Below, in pieces: positions 60,954-64,000 of a stretch of DNA of 64,000 bases. Position numbers and translations under genes: made by a program. Under the pieces are notes generated by a model. That model did no database searches, was not told the origin of the DNA, and saw nothing but the letters and a program-made list of their open reading frames with translations. The stretch comes from Eledone cirrhosa. Lineage: Eukaryota. The stretch is from the NCBI GenBank assembly GCA_964016885.1, contig OZ024745.1, forward strand, positions 73,098,001-73,162,000. The letters are read 5' to 3'. How positions within the stretch are numbered: the first letter of the stretch is position 1; the number at the start of each line of letters is the position of its first letter.

Positions 60954-61029
60954 ACAGATTGACTTTTCTAGTTTCAGAAGATCCTGTTAAGGATGAAAGC
61001 AGCAATCCTTTGCTTAAACTTTAATCTGT
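60954..61029 (+). ncRNA. Extended type I hammerhead motif with U4A core, right arm of Penelope B
   Basis: ACAGATTGA cttttct AGTTT-CAGAAGA-TCCT gtta AGGA t-GAAA-GCA gcaatcctt TGC-TT-AAACT TTAATCTGT. Confidence 0.7.
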
Positions 61030-61299
61030 TATTTTAATAAATATATATATATTGATGGTCAGTCTGCTTCTAAGAAATGTAACCTACAAATAACATTTTC
61101 TTCTCACCTCCTCACCATTCGGTTCATTCATCCATATATCTATAATCGCCCAGAATCAAAATCTTATTCATAATTGTTTTTCTATAATTCTGTCTCACTG
61201 CTCTAAATATAAATAAGCCTGCTCCCTACTAACTACCCCATACCCCTCCCCCCGCCCCCACTTTCCACCTTATTATTTGGACCAATCACAAGTCAACGG

Positions 61300-64000
61300 C
61301 CTATGCTATCACTTCTGGTTGCTTTTCGATATGATGGATGGACTAAGGAATTTCTGGAGAGTCTGAAGAATCTGGACACCCGAAGACAATGCCAAAGATA
61401 ACGACAAATTCACCTCATGCTGCCAGACGAAAGCGCAAGGCTCTCTCCTCTTTGTTGCGTTCGCGGATGGCCAACATAACCCCAACCCCATCCACCTCAC
61501 CCCTCCCTGTGCCTCACCCAACAAACGCAATCCAAAACTTCAGAGTTGGTACCGTGAATGTAGGCACCTTAAAAGGTTGCTCTAATGAGGTTGTAGAAGT
61601 GCTTGAACGTAAGGAGGTTGATGTTTGCTGTATCCAAGAGACCAGGTGGAGGGGCGGGTCTGCTAGATTCATTGTGGATAACGATGCTATAAGCTTTTCT
61701 GGGTGGGAAATGACAATGGGCTGAGTGGGGTAGGAATCATGTTAGCAGAAAAATGGGTGGATAAGATAATAGACGTAAATAGAGTGAATGACGGAATAAT
61801 TAAAATAAGACTTGTTCTAAATAGAACTACTGTGACGGTAATATCTGCGTACGCGCCCCAATCTGGATTGCCTGGCGCTATAAAAGACAGTTTCTATGAG
61901 ACACTGATGCTCACTACCTCCCAAATAACCGACAGTGACTATATAATTATTGCTGGCGACCTAAATGGTCACGTTGGACAACATTGTGACGGCTATGATG
62001 GAATCCACGGAGGCTATGGGTTTGGTACTAGAAATGAGGAAGGCTCCAGAATCCTGGAATTCTGTGACGCAAATAACCTAACTATCTGTAACACTACCTT
62101 AAAAAAACGAGACAATCACTTGATCACCTACAGATCAGGGGAACATACCAGCCAGGTAGATTATTTCCTTAACAGAAGACGTGACAGTGTGTCTGTTGTA
62201 AACACTAAATCCCTCCCCCATGAAGAATGCACCTCCCAACATAGACTCGTAATTAGTGACCTCATAGTCAGGACGAGACGTACTCGACAGAAGAAGAGGA
62301 CTATCCTCAGGAGAAGAAAATGGAAGCTAAAGGACCCCACAGCCAGAAATAAATTTAAAAGCATATTACTTGATGCTTTCGACAGTAAGGAAGAGCATTT
62401 AGTCGTACAATATAGAGGAACAGTGGGAATTTCTGAAAGCAAACCTGCTTATGGCGGCAGACGAAGTCTGTGGCTGGAGCAGGCCTATAGGCAGGAGGAG
62501 AGTAACATGGTGGTGGAACAGTAAGGTGGAGGAGTCAATTAAGGCCAAAAAGCAGGCTTGGAAAGTATGGCGGGATGGGGGAAGTAGAGAAGACTATCAA
62601 GTGGCCAGGAGGGAAAATAGGAGACAAGTGTACTTCGCAAGAAGAGAAGCAGAGGAAAGAAAGTTCAAGCATGTTCTACAATGCGAGGACCAAAAACGTG
62701 AGGTGTTCAGGATTGCTAGGCAATGTGTCAAGGAAAACCGTGATATTGTCGGGGAGAAGTGTGTACTTAATGATGATGGTGTACTTGCCATGTCTGACGC
62801 TGATAAGTAGGTAGCTTGAAAGTGTCACTACGAAAGGCTACTAAATGAGGAGAATAAATGTGAGAAAGACGGTCTCCCCCACATCGACCCAATAGAGGGA
62901 CCAGCAGTGTTAGTCGAAGGTAGTATAATAAGTAAGGCAATCAAAGATATGAAGACGGGAGAGGCGGCTGGGCCTTCGGAAATAGTTGCTGAAATGCTGA
63001 AAGCCTCTGGAACGGTGGGACACACCATGGTCACCCGGATAGTAAACCAAATCATACAGAATGGGGTTGTTCCGAAGGACTGGCGCAGCAGCATCATCAT
63101 TAACTGCTACAAGGGTAAAGGAGATTCCCTAGATAGGAGTAACTATAGAGGCATTAAATTAATTGACCAGGTCATGAAAATCACGGAAAAAGTAATAGCG
63201 CAACTAATCAGAGAGAGAATTGATCTAGATGAAATGCAGTTCGGGTTTGTGTCAGGCAAAAGTACCACAGACGCTCTTTTCATTGTACGACAACTACAAG
63301 AGAAGTACCTAGCTAAAAGTAAACCCCTATACTTAGCTTTTGTCGACTTGGAGAAAGCCTTCGACAGAGTCCGCCGTTCCATTATCTGGTGGGCTCTTAG
63401 AAAACTGGGTGTTGATGAATGGCTTGTGAGAGCTATACAAGCCATGTATAAAGAAACAGTCAGCAAGGTTAGAATTAACAACGAATATAGTGAAGATTTA
63501 GCATAAAAGTTGGTGTTCATCAGGGCTCCGTTCTTAGCCCCCTACTATTTATTATTGCCCTTCAGGCTATAACAGTGGAGTTCAAGACCGGCTGCCCATG
63601 GGAACTCCTATACGCAGATGATCTAACGCTCATAGCTGAATCAATGGCTGAACTAGACGAGAAATTCCAAACATGGAAGCATGGCCTAGAATCAAAAGGC
63701 CTTAAAATTAAGCAGTCTAAGACTAAAGTTCTAGTTTGTAGGAAGGAAAACAGGGCGCCAGTCCCATCCGGGAAATGGCCATGCTCAGTGTGTAGGAAAG
63801 GAGTAGGTAGAAACTCCATTTTATGTCCCAAATGCAAAGTATGGGTGCATAAAAGATGTAGTGGGATCACAGGTAAGCTAACTAAGAACATAGATTTTAC
63901 ATGTGGCCGGTGCTCTGGTGCAATAAGTAGCAGCAAGTGCCCACAGAATACTAGCTCTTTCAATTGCACAGAGGGTTCTATAGAAATAGTGGACAGCTTC
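61300..64000 (+). mobile_element. RTE LINE family 1 including 5' region and APE endonuclease; disrupted; runs off the window end
   Basis: FRVGTVNVGTL, CCIQETRW, SAYAPQ, IAGDLNGHVG, SQHRLVI, then RT and PHD finger matching 48927-51251; several stops and frameshifts; 5' boundary approximate. Confidence 0.95.

Larger units (their letters stand above)
57840..61045 (+). mobile_element. Penelope-like element B: RT + GIY-YIG, flanked by about 600-bp inverted repeats
   Basis: Arms about 57897-58525 and 60452-61045 are diverged reverse complements, each ending in a hammerhead motif. Confidence 0.9.

Noticed and set aside
61046-61390. HDV-like ribozyme in the RTE 5' region
   Set aside because: I could not build the nested double pseudoknot by eye; a covariance search would be needed.
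62225-62255. APE endonuclease SDH motif replaced by SQH as a sign of inactivation or novelty
   Set aside because: Present in both family 1 copies that cover this position, and QH is a common variant in RTE endonucleases.

Overview
Eukaryotic, very AT-rich, repeat-saturated genomic DNA. The SINE, RTE and (TA)n landscape resembles a coleoid cephalopod such as Octopus (inference). Roughly 25 kb is (TA)n/(TA)nTG microsatellite, which produces the long spurious YI/YM ORFs, and there is a 200-N assembly gap at 33574-33773. The rest is mostly transposon remains: RTE LINEs with a PHD finger inside the RT ORF, CR1-group LINEs, a CRE-clade tail, two Penelope-like elements with inverted termini, Helitrons, Tigger, mariner, a solo LTR, MITEs and tRNA-derived SINEs. 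A probable + strand host gene has a non-coding first exon near 12.7-12.8 kb and a signal-peptide start exon at 53329-53452, implying about 40 kb of first intron(s). The most notable feature is a dense set of type I hammerhead ribozyme motifs: about 12 copies from about 8 unrelated sequence families, mostly in short islands bounded by (TA)n. They include catalytic-core variants (U4A in three copies, U4C, and a compensatory U3-A8 pair), one with a 115-nt stem II, and one carried inside a non-autonomous Helitron. All structures were folded by eye; no searches were run.
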